From an uncultured Nostoc sp. (GTDB lineage: Bacteria; Cyanobacteriota; Cyanobacteriia; Cyanobacteriales; Nostocaceae): a DNA stretch of 64,000 nucleotides. The stretch spans positions 20,373-84,372 of the forward strand of contig NZ_CAXTTT010000005.1 of NCBI RefSeq assembly GCF_964247315.1, read 5' to 3'. A program made the translations under genes and the position numbers. This document shows, one piece after another, positions 47,072 to 57,088 of the stretch. The notes under the pieces are model-generated. The model worked only from the letters and a program-made list of their open reading frames with translations. It had not been told where the DNA came from and did no database searches. Each line of letters starts with the position of its first letter. The first letter of the stretch is position 1.

Positions 47072-48241
47072 TTACTGGCAATGATAAGAATATAAAATAT
47101 TGTCTACATCTTCGATAGTAAGTCTTTGTTTATCAGCTAAAGTTTTCAATCTATGGGTAATATCTTTAAGCTGAGATAAATTAAATGAAAGTCCTAATTC
47201 ATTAGCTCGGTGATTAACCGCCTGTTTTCCAGCCAATTTATGATTGATTAAAATTGAGCGCGTTACACCAAAACTTCGGGGATTAATAGCTTCATAAGTC
47301 TCAGAGTTATTGAGCATAGCTTTAGTATGAATCCCAGCTTTATGATTAAAAGCACTTTCCCCAAAAACACAGTGATTAAAAGGAATAGAAATTCCTACTT
47401 TTCTGGCAACTAATTCATGCAAATAACCAAGTCGATCTAAATTATATTTAGATTTAACCTGCTCTGGATTTGTAGCATATAATCTAGCGATGAATCCAGC
47501 TAGTGAGGTAATACCATTGCGTTCACCAATTCCCAGAACACAAGTGTCAATATGAGTTGCTCCCGCTTCCAGTGCTGTATAACTGTTAGCATTTGCACAT
47601 TCTGTATCATTATGACCGTGAAACTCAATATCTAAATTGGTGAACTGGCGCAAAGTCTTCACTAATTCAAATACTTGCATCGGCGTAATAATTCCTACTG
47701 TATCAGCAATTCCTATGCGTTTGACAAATCCTAATTTATCAATTGCCAAGTAAATTGTAATTAAATCTTCTATGGAAGTGCGTGACGAATCCTCAGCCGA
47801 AAATCGTAACTCAATATCGGGAGCTTGCTGATGAATAAAAGTTAAAACTTCAGATGCTAAATCAATAATTTGATTAATATTTTTACCATGACTGAACTGA
47901 CGCATTAAAGAAGAACTGCCGATAGTTAAATTAATCCCAGCGACGCCTGTCGCTAAGGCAACTTTAGCATCTTCTAAGTGACAGCGAATGTGAGTTAATA
48001 TTTTGGATGGCAAGCCTAACCGAGCCAATCTTTCGCAGTCTCCTCTAGACTGAGGTGAAGCAATTGGTGATGTTAACTCTATATATTCCACTCCAAATGC
48101 AGCAAGAGCTTCAGCAATTTCGACTTTATCATCTGAAGAAAAATTGGCTTTGACAAATTGTTCGCCTTCACGGAGAGTGCTTTCTACAATTGCAAATTTA
48201 GATAGCGACATTAACAGTTCCTTTGTGCTAATTGTTACCAA
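47072..48241 (-). CDS. nifV: homocitrate synthase
   Basis: VESTLREGEQF, HGHNDTECANANS and HKAGIHTKA motifs, in nif context. An alternative start lies at 48211. Confidence 0.9.
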   Translation of the reverse strand: MVTISTKELLMSLSKFAIVESTLREGEQFVKANFSSDDKVEIAEALAAFGVEYIELTSPIASPQSRGDCERLARLGLPSKILTHIRCHLEDAKVALATGVAGINLTIGSSSLMRQFSHGKNINQIIDLASEVLTFIHQQAPDIELRFSAEDSSRTSIEDLITIYLAIDKLGFVKRIGIADTVGIITPMQVFELVKTLRQFTNLDIEFHGHNDTECANANSYTALEAGATHIDTCVLGIGERNGITSLAGFIARLYATNPEQVKSKYNLDRLGYLHELVARKVGISIPFNHCVFGESAFNHKAGIHTKAMLNNSETYEAINPRSFGVTRSILINHKLAGKQAVNHRANELGLSFNLSQLKDITHRLKTLADKQRLTIEDVDNILYSYHCQ

Positions 48242-48247
48242 TTATGC

Positions 48248-49129
48248 TTACTTATTAGTTTTAATATCATTATATTTGCATAATTGACAAATAATTGCTT
48301 TAGCTGATTCTTGAGGACTGGCTATAGTATCAATTATAAGAGAGCGATCGCTCGTATCCATCGCCTCTAAAATCTGTTTCGTCGGAACCGAATCATAGTT
48401 CTGACTTTCTTCGACAAATATTTTTAGTTTGTCCCGCAATTCTACACATGTAACAACTCGTTTTTTTACAAGTTCTAAGATTTCTTGTTGTTCTTCAGGA
48501 GTAAAATAAGCAGAAGCCTCTGGTACGCCCAAACTAGCAAAATTAGTCAATACTTCTGGGATAATTTGCATCAGATCGTCTAACTCTTGATTAGCAATCC
48601 GATCAAAAGAATCATGACGTTTCAAAAGTCTTTCTAAACGCACTGTATTTGGTGCAGTTAACATTACAAATTTAGCATTTTTTAAAACCTTAGCTGCATA
48701 GCGAACTTCATTTTCACCACGCAAACTATCGAAAACTAACATAGAGGTGACTTGTTGCGGATTGATGTGTAGCGAAGCTAAAATATGACCCATTCCACCA
48801 GGGAAGTATTCTCGATAAAGGCGAGTATAAGTCAGGCGTTTAATCCGGCAATGGGGTTGCATAAGTTTCTCTTGCATTTTTAACATTGGCGCAATTATTA
48901 CGCGTTCGGTTAAAATACGACGATTAGGTAAAAGTGTGAAATCCAAGCCTTCTTTAACCAATGCTTTTGTGATTGTGCTTTTTCCCACGCCAGCCATACC
49001 TACTATGATTAGTAAAGGAAAACTTGTTATTGGCAACCAGTCTTTAGGAACAGGAAATCCTACGCCTATACCTGGACTTAAGTGTTCAAAAAATAGATTT
49101 TGTCTTGTTGTATTAAGTCGATCCTGCAC
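48248..49129 (-). CDS. P-loop NTPase/kinase-like protein of unknown function
   Basis: Walker A GMAGVGKST. Its stop lies 6 bp before the nifV start. Confidence 0.55.
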   Translation of the reverse strand: MQDRLNTTRQNLFFEHLSPGIGVGFPVPKDWLPITSFPLLIIVGMAGVGKSTITKALVKEGLDFTLLPNRRILTERVIIAPMLKMQEKLMQPHCRIKRLTYTRLYREYFPGGMGHILASLHINPQQVTSMLVFDSLRGENEVRYAAKVLKNAKFVMLTAPNTVRLERLLKRHDSFDRIANQELDDLMQIIPEVLTNFASLGVPEASAYFTPEEQQEILELVKKRVVTCVELRDKLKIFVEESQNYDSVPTKQILEAMDTSDRSLIIDTIASPQESAKAIICQLCKYNDIKTNK

Positions 49130-49445
49130 AATATGAACCTCTTTTTAGTCTAGATATTATAAATACATAATTTTTTTGATACCTCAGTGTTTATACATAA
49201 ATAAATAGCTATATTAAATTGATGATAATATCCATCAATAGTTAGTTTTTTTTAATTTTTATCTTACTTTTTGTAGCAAATGACCACCCCACCCATTTGT
49301 GTAATGCTTGTCAAGTAGAGATACTACTGTTAAGTAAATGAGAATTATTTCAAAATTATTAAGATATCTTAAAAAAAGCAAGTTTTGATTTTAAAACTTG
49401 CTAACTTACTAAAGTATAAATAGTTCAATTTAGCGAATTAAAAAC

Positions 49446-49655
49446 ATGGAAATTAGCGCTCGTAATTCTCTTAAGGGTACTATCAAAAAAGTTATACATG
49501 GTTCAGTTAATACTGAGATAACTTTAGAACTAGGGCCAGGAGTAGAGCTAGTGTCAATCATCACAAAATCATCAGCAGAAAAGCTATCACTTGCAGAAGG
49601 TAAGCAGGCTTATGCTGTGATTAAATCATCAGATGTAATAGTTGCTGTTGATTAA
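49446..49655 (+). CDS. mop: molybdenum-pterin-binding (Mop/TOBE) protein
   Basis: MEISARNSLKGTIKKV...VIKSSDVIVA, 69 aa. Confidence 0.85.
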   Translation: MEISARNSLKGTIKKVIHGSVNTEITLELGPGVELVSIITKSSAEKLSLAEGKQAYAVIKSSDVIVAVD

Positions 49656-49659
49656 AAAA

Positions 49660-49696
49660 TAGAGTTGGCTTCTTTTACAAGCCACTCTATTTTTCT
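49660..49696 (+). terminator. intrinsic terminator after mop
   Basis: ATAGAGTTGGCTT-loop-AAGCCACTCTAT plus TTTTT. Confidence 0.6.
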
Positions 49697-49802
49697 TATC
49701 AAATTGCATTTATATAATTTAGTGACTAAAAGATTGCAAAAGCGTAGTCAAGCGTAATTACAGTAATCATATTAAATTGTGGATTTTTAATAATTGAAAA
49801 TT

Positions 49803-49848
49803 ACAGATACCCGACTTATTTAAAAAGTCGGGTATCTGATTTTTGAGA
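49803..49848. terminator. palindromic hairpin (AGATACCCGACTT...AAGTCGGGTATCT) with T-runs on both strands
   Basis: 13-bp perfect stem. Possible bidirectional terminator. Confidence 0.5.
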
Positions 49849-50239
49849 AATAATTAAGTAAGGCTATACATAAAGGTTAATTAATGGAATTATTAATAAT
49901 GCAAACACAAAAGGCTCGAACAATTTCTAAATTTAGTACAAAATCTATGTTCTCAATATTGATAATTAAAAAAGAAAGTGTTGTTTTAAAGTGATGTGAG
50001 TTCCTATTACTATTCCTATTGATAAACATTTTTTCAATATTGTTTTATCCTGAGTTTTACAGGAAGTTACGATTCCTCCTCTGCCGTTCTCAATAATTAT
50101 AATGAACAGCCATTAACACTAAAGCGGGTAAACATTTTAATTATAAATTAGGAATTGTGAAAGGAAGAAGGAAGTATATTTTCATCCTTCATCCTTCATC
50201 TTTTATTTGGTTGCAAAAGGCAACAACCAAAGTAATAAT

Positions 50240-50539
50240 TTAGACTAGATATGCTTCTTGATGTGTTTTAATTGTGCAATTAGAACGAGGATAAGTTACA
50301 CAAAGTAGAGCGTATCCTTTAGAAACTTGATCGTCATCTAAAAAGTTTTGATCGTCTTGATTAACTTCACCTTCGACAACTTTACCAACACAGCTAGAGC
50401 AAGAGCCTGCATGACATGAAAAGGGCAACTCAATACCATTTTCTTCTGCTGCTTCTAAAATGGTGGTCTCTTCGTCAATTTCAATTGTGGTGTCGATGTC
50501 TTCTTTTTTGTTGATTAATCTAACTTGGTAGGAAGCCAT
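50240..50539 (-). CDS. fdxH: heterocyst-type [2Fe-2S] ferredoxin
   Basis: [16 protein letters not shown]... and CHAGSCSSC...C plant-type motif, 99 aa. The start is set at the ATG at 50539. Confidence 0.9.
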   Translation of the reverse strand: MASYQVRLINKKEDIDTTIEIDEETTILEAAEENGIELPFSCHAGSCSSCVGKVVEGEVNQDDQNFLDDDQVSKGYALLCVTYPRSNCTIKTHQEAYLV

Positions 50540-50770
50540 TTTCTGATTCTCCTCAAACGTTATACAGTTGGTGTAATATCCGAAGTTTTTGAGCAACCTA
50601 TCCTACTTTTTGCTTCCCTTCTACTTACGGAGATGCTACGCTTAGTCGGCTTCTCTATAGGAGTAAGGGATGCAACGCGAACTAGAAGCCACCTCAAGCA
50701 TCTATGAAAAACTGTGCGGAGTGCATCTATGGGAAGCCTCTACAATTGACTTGGCGCTAACAGAATGATG

Positions 50771-51145
50771 TTACTTGCAAGGTACACCAGTAGCCTTACT
50801 GTCGCCTGCTTTGAGGGACTTTCCACAACCACCGCATTTATCAGTTGCATTGGGGTTGGTGAACTTAAAACCGCTTTCCATCACTCCCTCAACGAAGTCA
50901 ACCACAATTCCTTCTAATAACGACGCACTTTTGGCATCAACGTAAACCAGCACTTTGCCTTGCTGGCTTACCAAATCATCTGGTTGGGGCTTGCTGGTAA
51001 TATCCATTGCATATTCATGGCCACTGCAACCACCATCTTTTACTGAGATGCGAATACCTTTAGTTGCGCCATTAGCGTTGGGTGCGGAACCTCCAAGCAA
51101 TGCCTGCAGATGAAATTCTGCTTTTTCTGATAAAGTAACGGTCAT
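50771..51145 (-). CDS. hesB: HesB/IscA-type iron-sulfur cluster assembly protein
   Basis: GGCSGHEY motif and C-terminal CGCG. Position between hesA and fdxH. Confidence 0.9.
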   Translation of the reverse strand: MTVTLSEKAEFHLQALLGGSAPNANGATKGIRISVKDGGCSGHEYAMDITSKPQPDDLVSQQGKVLVYVDAKSASLLEGIVVDFVEGVMESGFKFTNPNATDKCGGCGKSLKAGDSKATGVPCK

Positions 51146-51195
51146 CAGGTCTCCTGATTTGTAGCGATTAGTTGTTCTGATTTCAGATGTGGATT

Positions 51196-51261
51196 GTCAT
51201 TTGTCCTTTGTCTTTTGCTAGTGACCAATGACCAATGACTAATGACTAATGACTAATGACT
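51196..51261. repeat. STRR heptamer tract (GTCATTT / CCAATGA / CTAATGA)
   Basis: Direct reading. Lies in the hesA-hesB spacer and overlaps the hesA stop. Confidence 0.9.
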
Positions 51262-52059
51262 ATTTTGTGCAATCTCTGTGGCTTCTATCGAATTGGATTG
51301 AGCGTGTCTCCAAGGCGCACTATTACCGCATACTGGACAAGAGCGATCGCGATAAGAACGGCGTTTAGCAAATTCCATCCGATTTAAGTCGATTGTCAGC
51401 AATTGCGACAATAGAGGTTGACTAAACCCGGTGATCAGCTTGATAGCTTCCAAAGCTGTTAGACAAGCTAGTGTCCCAGAAACAGCGCCTAAAACTGAAA
51501 AGCCGCGCTGATCCCAATCAGGCTTTTCTGGAAACAGACAAGACAAGCAAGGAGTCACACCAGGAATAATCGTTGTTAGGTAAGCCTCCATCCCATTCAT
51601 TGCGGCTTCTACCATTGGCTTACGCGATCGCACACAGGCTTCATTTAACAAATTGCGCTCTGTAAAATTGTGGGCGCAATCAAGAGCCATATCGGCAGAT
51701 TGCACTAACGAATCTACATTTTCCGGGGTGATGTAATCATGAACAGCTTCCACTTGGACATCAGGATTAATCGCATCCAGAGTTTCTTTAGCTTTGAATA
51801 CCCTTGGCTTACCTACCCAATCATCAGTCATCAGAACCTGACGATTCATATCATCTAGCCGCAAGTCACCACCCCGGACAAGGATTAGCCGCCCAACGCC
51901 TGCTACTGCTAAGTAAAGCGCCGCCGTACCGCCTAATCCTCCCACACCTGTAACCAGAACTGTCGCTGACTTTAGGCGCTTTTGTGCTGTTTCGCCAAAA
52001 TTCGGAAGCATCATTTGGCGACGATAGCGTTCTAATTCGGTAGGCGTCAGGTTAACCAA
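51253..52059 (-). CDS. hesA: HesA/MoeB/ThiF-family adenylyltransferase
   Basis: RYRRQMMLP, GVGGLGG nucleotide motif, and CxxC...CxxC. Confidence 0.9.
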   Translation of the reverse strand: MVNLTPTELERYRRQMMLPNFGETAQKRLKSATVLVTGVGGLGGTAALYLAVAGVGRLILVRGGDLRLDDMNRQVLMTDDWVGKPRVFKAKETLDAINPDVQVEAVHDYITPENVDSLVQSADMALDCAHNFTERNLLNEACVRSRKPMVEAAMNGMEAYLTTIIPGVTPCLSCLFPEKPDWDQRGFSVLGAVSGTLACLTALEAIKLITGFSQPLLSQLLTIDLNRMEFAKRRSYRDRSCPVCGNSAPWRHAQSNSIEATEIAQNSH

Positions 52060-52069
52060 TTTATACCTC

Positions 52070-52387
52070 CTAATCAGAAGTGATTTCTGTCAGTGTGACT
52101 ACATTTTTCGGCTTGTCGTTAAACACTTTGAACAGCTTTTGTTCGTGGGGTGTTGATTCGATAAATACCTGATAAGCTTTTTGCAAAGCCAAAGAATATT
52201 GATTTAATTTCTCTTCTTGACTCAAGTCAGGAGAATTATCATCAATTTCCTGGATGTATTGAGAAAATTTTTTCAGAATATGTAGACGATTTACATTCAC
52301 AACTTCTAAATCGTAGGACATGTTAAAGAATTGAAAAAATTCTTCTGCATCTACGAGCTTCTTGAATTCATCAATAGTTCCAGTCAT
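52070..52387 (-). CDS. nifW: nitrogenase-stabilizing/protective protein NifW
   Basis: AEEFFQFF...VNRLHILKKF motif. Position after nifX and its associated ORFs. Confidence 0.9.
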   Translation of the reverse strand: MTGTIDEFKKLVDAEEFFQFFNMSYDLEVVNVNRLHILKKFSQYIQEIDDNSPDLSQEEKLNQYSLALQKAYQVFIESTPHEQKLFKVFNDKPKNVVTLTEITSD

Positions 52388-52605
52388 TTAGCATTCTCCA
52401 ATTGTTTCAGATGTTGCTTAAGTTCATCTAACTGGCGATAGATTTCATAAGTTGCAGCCGCAACATCCATAAGTTGTTTGTAATCTGTTGGTAGACCTTC
52501 AGCTAAATCATGCAGATCCATTTTCATTTGACCTGCTTTGCTGTTAAGCCGTCTGATTTGTCCTTGTATTTCCTCAATACTCGTTTCTTCTGCTTGCACA
52601 ATCAA
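52384..52605 (-). CDS. small nif-cluster protein (DUF683 / CCE_0567-like)
   Basis: 73 aa, 4-bp overlap with nifW, conserved position. Confidence 0.65.
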   Translation of the reverse strand: MIVQAEETSIEEIQGQIRRLNSKAGQMKMDLHDLAEGLPTDYKQLMDVAAATYEIYRQLDELKQHLKQLENAK

Positions 52606-52713
52606 CCACTCCTTATCTCAAAGTTAGGAGTTAGAAGTTATAAGTTATAAATTAATAACTGTAAATTCTGAATTATCAGTTAAGAGTTAACTTAACTCCT
52701 CACTCCTAACTCC

Positions 52714-53190
52714 TTAAATTTTGCCAACTTCAGGAAAGCGCTTTGCCAAATCAATGCCTTTTTTGACGTAGTTTTCTCCCTCTTCGGCTAATTTATCCAG
52801 TGAGTCAAAGCCAAAGCGATGAGCATCTCGTAGGGTTTTCACAGTTAACAAAAGACGACCAGAAAAAACTAGCGCCCAGCCAAATCCTTCATGGCTCAAA
52901 TCAACCACAACCTGAGATATCAAACCTGTTTCTTGTTCAATCCCAGCAGCTACAGCTCGAAAAAATGCCATAATCCGTGCTTGAGTTATCGGATCAACTT
53001 CACCCTCAATGGAGATTTCCCGTTTCTTTTGTTTGGTGACAAGAAAAGGTTTGAGAATCAATTCATCCGACCAACTACGATAAACTCCATAACTATCTTG
53101 ACCACGGATTTGTTTAATTAATACCTTAAGGAAAGGTGAGTTCAAGACTTCAGTTGTAGCAGTTCCGTTAACACTATTATTTGTGGTCAT
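52714..53190 (-). CDS. NifX-associated nitrogen fixation protein (DUF269)
   Basis: 4-bp overlap with nifX, conserved position, about 158 aa. Confidence 0.75.
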   Translation of the reverse strand: MTTNNSVNGTATTEVLNSPFLKVLIKQIRGQDSYGVYRSWSDELILKPFLVTKQKKREISIEGEVDPITQARIMAFFRAVAAGIEQETGLISQVVVDLSHEGFGWALVFSGRLLLTVKTLRDAHRFGFDSLDKLAEEGENYVKKGIDLAKRFPEVGKI

Positions 53191-53600
53191 ACCGTTGCTT
53201 CATTTTCAACTTCATCGGCAAAGTTTGAGGGTTTTTGCTGTAAAGCTTTACGCAACCAAGGTGGAGGATTACCTTTGAGGGTTTTTACTAGCTTGTTTAG
53301 TACTTTGCTAATTTCGTCCTCTTCCGATCGCGCCTTCACTGGGGTGACACCTTTCTTAATTAACCGAGCAGCCGCGCTCCCACCAATTGCCAAAACATAA
53401 ATAATTGTGCAGTCACCTAATGCTTCAATTTTTGGTGCGAGTTTACTCTCATTATTCTCTTCTTTGATTTCATAATTAAATTTGATAGCTTCTACAAATT
53501 GATATCCTTCATCGGAAATTTCATAAACATCAATTTGTTCTGAGCCTCCAAAGTGAGTATTAATATGAACTCCGTCACTTGTCGTAAAGGCAATCTTCAT
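53187..53600 (-). CDS. nifX: nitrogen fixation protein NifX
   Basis: MKIAFTTSDGVHINTHFG dinitrogenase-cofactor-binding fold. Position after nifN. Confidence 0.9.
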   Translation of the reverse strand: MKIAFTTSDGVHINTHFGGSEQIDVYEISDEGYQFVEAIKFNYEIKEENNESKLAPKIEALGDCTIIYVLAIGGSAAARLIKKGVTPVKARSEEDEISKVLNKLVKTLKGNPPPWLRKALQQKPSNFADEVENEATV

Positions 53601-53642
53601 CGTAATTCTCCTCTCTAAAATTTTGAATTTTGAAGCGTTAAT

Positions 53643-54980
53643 TCAAAACTCAGCGCCTACAATTCCTAACTCTTGGAACTGCTTAACTCTCGCTTCTTCT
53701 GCCTCTAAAAACAGGTTGCCGATGCCAAACACAAGTTCCATTGTGCCGCGATAGCCAACTTTGGTAAATTGACCATTACCTAAGCGGTCATAAATGGGCA
53801 ATCCGAGACGATAAAGAGGAATTGACAGTCGTTTAGCGATCGCACCAACATTCGAGTTACCAATTAGCAAATCAGAGCCATCTGCTAAACTCTCAAAGTC
53901 TTCCAAATCGCCGATGGTGACGCTTTTAACCGAGAGTTTTTCTAGTAGTGGCGATCGCGTAGTTGTCACCGCCGCATGAATTTGCGCTCCCATCGATTGC
54001 AGGAAATGCACTGTTGACCACAGCAAATCTGGTTCCAGCGCCAGGGAAACTCGTTTTGCACCGAAGTAAAAGTGGGTGTCCAGCATCGCATCTTGCAACT
54101 GACGACGTTGGCGGCGGTATTTTTCGGGTACGCTATTACCGCTCAGAATCGCCAATGCTTGGATAAATTCATCTACTGGTTCTAATCCTGTCAGTTCGCT
54201 AAACACCTCATAAGGTGTGTCAAAGCGTTCTTCGAGAATCTTGGCAGCCTCCCGCATACTTTCACCTAATGCGATGGTGAAAGCAGAACTACCTACTTCT
54301 CGTAGCTGTTTTAAGGTAGTGCCACTGACTGTAACCGCACTATAACCATCCTCTAAATGACCATCTAGGGAAGCGCCAAGGTCAGGTACAAAGATCGGCA
54401 CTAATCCAAAGGATGTAATTATCTCTTTGATTTCCTGTACATCCCCAGGTGTGAAAGCAGAACCCGCCAAAATCGTCACTTGTTCAGTTCTGATTTCACC
54501 TGCGCGAGGAATTTCCTGAACGATGCTTTCGACAGCAGCAGTAAAGCCGTCTTGCAACGCACCTTTAAAATCTGGGGTAGGTGCAAAAACGATCGTCAAA
54601 TCATTCAATTCGGGGTGGCGAGCACGGATTTCTTTTAGAAAACCCTCGATGTCATCACCTCTAGTTTCAGTCAACCCAGTACTACATAAACCAATAATTT
54701 CTGGGTTAGCTTTTTCCACCAGAGTCAGAATTGCTTGCTCCACATTCTCTTCACCACCCAAGATTGTAGTAACTTCCGTCATCGCTGTGGTAGCTAGGGG
54801 AATCGCTTCCCGGAAATGCCGCACCAGCACAACTTTGGCGAAAGCAGTACAACCTTGAGAACCGTGAAATAAGGGCATTATCCCTTTCAATCCCAAAAAG
54901 GCTAAGGTTGCACCCAAAGCTTGACTTTGCTTGAGGGGATTAACTGTCAGTGCTTTGTTAGAAGTGGTAACGATCGCCAT
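53643..54980 (-). CDS. nifN: nitrogenase FeMo-cofactor biosynthesis protein NifN
   Basis: NPLK.SQ.LGA..AFLG...PLFHGSQGCT. The start is set at the ATG at 54980, which is preceded by GGAGA. Confidence 0.95.
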   Translation of the reverse strand: MAIVTTSNKALTVNPLKQSQALGATLAFLGLKGIMPLFHGSQGCTAFAKVVLVRHFREAIPLATTAMTEVTTILGGEENVEQAILTLVEKANPEIIGLCSTGLTETRGDDIEGFLKEIRARHPELNDLTIVFAPTPDFKGALQDGFTAAVESIVQEIPRAGEIRTEQVTILAGSAFTPGDVQEIKEIITSFGLVPIFVPDLGASLDGHLEDGYSAVTVSGTTLKQLREVGSSAFTIALGESMREAAKILEERFDTPYEVFSELTGLEPVDEFIQALAILSGNSVPEKYRRQRRQLQDAMLDTHFYFGAKRVSLALEPDLLWSTVHFLQSMGAQIHAAVTTTRSPLLEKLSVKSVTIGDLEDFESLADGSDLLIGNSNVGAIAKRLSIPLYRLGLPIYDRLGNGQFTKVGYRGTMELVFGIGNLFLEAEEARVKQFQELGIVGAEF

Positions 54981-55001
54981 TAAACTATCTCCTGATCCCA
55001 C

Positions 55002-55137
55002 AGCGCGGATTTTCTCGTTCCCTGGCTCCGCCGGGGAGTTCTGACAGTGAGGCTCTGCCTCATTTGCTCTAAAAAGAAGGTAGAGCCTTCAGGAATGCGT
55101 TCCCAGCCTGAGTCTGGGAACGAGGATACAGCCGCCA
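55002..55137. repeat. Nostoc-type dispersed hairpin repeats in the nifE-nifN spacer
   Basis: GTTCCCAG-CCTGAGT-CTGGGAAC hairpin and GGCAGAGCCTCAC / GTAGAGCCTTCAGG motifs. Confidence 0.6.
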
Positions 55138-56517
55138 TTAAACTTCCTCCTCGTCCCAAGGAGCGGGTTTGCGTATTTGTTCCCAAATCGGGCTATACAG
55201 AGCTTCGTACAATTCCCGCGCCATTTCAATCATCCCCACATAACCTGCATAAGGATGATGGCGTTCTTGGTTGATATCAAGGAAAGGAATCCGAGCTTTC
55301 AAAGCGGTGTATTGGTTACGTCCACCAGCAATCAGCATATCTGCTTTGGTGTCTTTAACCACTTGTAGCAATTCCTTAGCGTTGCCCTTCTCCAACATAA
55401 TGCCATCGTTGCCGAGCAAGTTCTTGATTTTGGCTTTATCTTCTTCAGTACTTTTACGAGTACTGGTAGCAACAACTTCAATGCCCAAGTCCCTAGCCGC
55501 TGAAATAATCGACCAACTCTTGACACCGCCTGTATATAAAACAACCCGCTTACCTTTGAGTCGAGCGCGATAGGGAGCTAGTGCCAAATCTAAAGCAGCC
55601 GTTTCTTCTGCAATTAGCTTTTCTGTCCGCTCCTGTAAATCGGGATTGCCTAATTTAGCAGCAATGTTTCGCAGACAGCGATTCATATCATCGATGCCGT
55701 AGAAAGACTCTTCAATGTATGGGATGTTGTAACGCTCCTCCATCTTTCTCGCCATATTGAGCAACGCTCGTGAGCAGATCATGACGTTAAGCTTGGCGCG
55801 GTGGGCGTAGCGAATTTCATCGTAGCGAGCATCACCCGTAATTTTAGACAAAATACGGATGCCTAATTTTTCTAACAGTGGTGTTACTCCCCACATTTCC
55901 CCGGCGATATTGTATTCACCGATTAAGTTAATATCATAGGGCGTTGTATGTTCCGGTTCTGCTGTACCGACAACATATTCTAATAAAGATTCACCACCAA
56001 AACGATTGCCGAGATTTTTACTGCCAATGAATCCTGGGGCAATGACGGGAACAACAGGAATACCGATTTTCTCAGCCGCAGCTTTGCAGACAGCATCCAT
56101 GTCATCGCCAATTAAGGCTGTAACGCAAGTAGCATAGACAAATACTGCTGCTGGTTGGTAACGCTCTTTGAGTTCCAGAATTGCTTTGTAGAGTTTCTTT
56201 TCGCCACCGAAGATGACATCATTTTCACCCAAGTCAGTGGTAAAGCCCATTTTGTAGAGTTGCGGGCCAGACGACAGACTACCACGACTGCCCCAGGAAT
56301 TACCAGCACAGGCGATCGGCCCGTGGACTAAATGAGCAGCATCTGCGATCGGCACTAGGGAAATCATTGCACCATCAAAAGCGCAGCCCCCTTGAGCCGC
56401 GCCAGGTTGTGCCTGTTGAGCGCAAGATTTATTTTTCTTTTCTGTTTGTTTGTGCTGATTATGTTCGCATCCTGTCTCAGTCAGCAGTTCGTTGATTTTG
56501 CCTTGGGTGCTTTTCAT
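55138..56517 (-). CDS. nifE: nitrogenase FeMo-cofactor biosynthesis protein NifE
   Basis: GGCAFDGA...[10 protein letters not shown] motifs. Confidence 0.95.
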   Translation of the reverse strand: MKSTQGKINELLTETGCEHNQHKQTEKKNKSCAQQAQPGAAQGGCAFDGAMISLVPIADAAHLVHGPIACAGNSWGSRGSLSSGPQLYKMGFTTDLGENDVIFGGEKKLYKAILELKERYQPAAVFVYATCVTALIGDDMDAVCKAAAEKIGIPVVPVIAPGFIGSKNLGNRFGGESLLEYVVGTAEPEHTTPYDINLIGEYNIAGEMWGVTPLLEKLGIRILSKITGDARYDEIRYAHRAKLNVMICSRALLNMARKMEERYNIPYIEESFYGIDDMNRCLRNIAAKLGNPDLQERTEKLIAEETAALDLALAPYRARLKGKRVVLYTGGVKSWSIISAARDLGIEVVATSTRKSTEEDKAKIKNLLGNDGIMLEKGNAKELLQVVKDTKADMLIAGGRNQYTALKARIPFLDINQERHHPYAGYVGMIEMARELYEALYSPIWEQIRKPAPWDEEEV

Positions 56518-56608
56518 CTCTCTTATTGTACTTAATTGTTAATTGTCATTAGTCATTTGTCCTTTGTCATTCGTGAGTTACCAATGACTAATAACCAATG
56601 CCCAATAA

Positions 56609-56956
56609 TTAGCAAATGTATTTTGTGACATCCTCTCCACATACATCAGTGAGGTAAGATAGAGCGCGAAAACGCAATCCGACAAATTCGTCATATAAAG
56701 GATTGAGTTTACATAGTGGTGGGATATCAATAGACTTCCCAAATAATTTAATTTGTCGCTCAAAGGGACAACAACAAGGAATTGTTTGGCAAATTAGATG
56801 AGCGATGCGATTATTTTTAACCTGAATTCCATCCACTAAACGGCGCAACGGATTGAGAAGATTGTTGAACTTCCCTGGTTTTTTATGGTTAGGTGGATGG
56901 TAATTAGGATGAGGATGAGTGTGAGTATGTTCGTGAGTGTGATTGATGGTTTCCAT
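56609..56956 (-). CDS. Mo-dependent nitrogenase C-terminal-domain family protein
   Basis: His-rich N-terminus and CQTIPCCCPFER motif. Conserved position between nifK and nifE. The start is set at METINH. Confidence 0.7.
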   Translation of the reverse strand: METINHTHEHTHTHPHPNYHPPNHKKPGKFNNLLNPLRRLVDGIQVKNNRIAHLICQTIPCCCPFERQIKLFGKSIDIPPLCKLNPLYDEFVGLRFRALSYLTDVCGEDVTKYIC

Positions 56957-57007
56957 TGATAAATCCCTTGGGTAAATGCTAGAAAGAAAAAGGGGAAAAT
57001 AATTCAT

Positions 57008-57046
57008 AATTACGAATTACGAATTACGAATTACGAATTACGAATT
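57008..57046. repeat. STRR heptamer tract (AATTACG x5)
   Basis: Direct reading. Related tracts at 16309-16331 and ~31765. Confidence 0.9.
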
Positions 57047-57088
57047 ATTTTCCGCCCTTAATTAACGCGTTGTGTTTCTACGCAATTT

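Noticed and set aside
54980-55274. ORFs 54980-55186 (-) and 55047-55274 (+) in and around the nifE-nifN spacer
   Set aside because: They run through dispersed hairpin repeats and into the nifE and nifN coding sequence. Their composition (R/S/P-rich) is typical of repeat translation.
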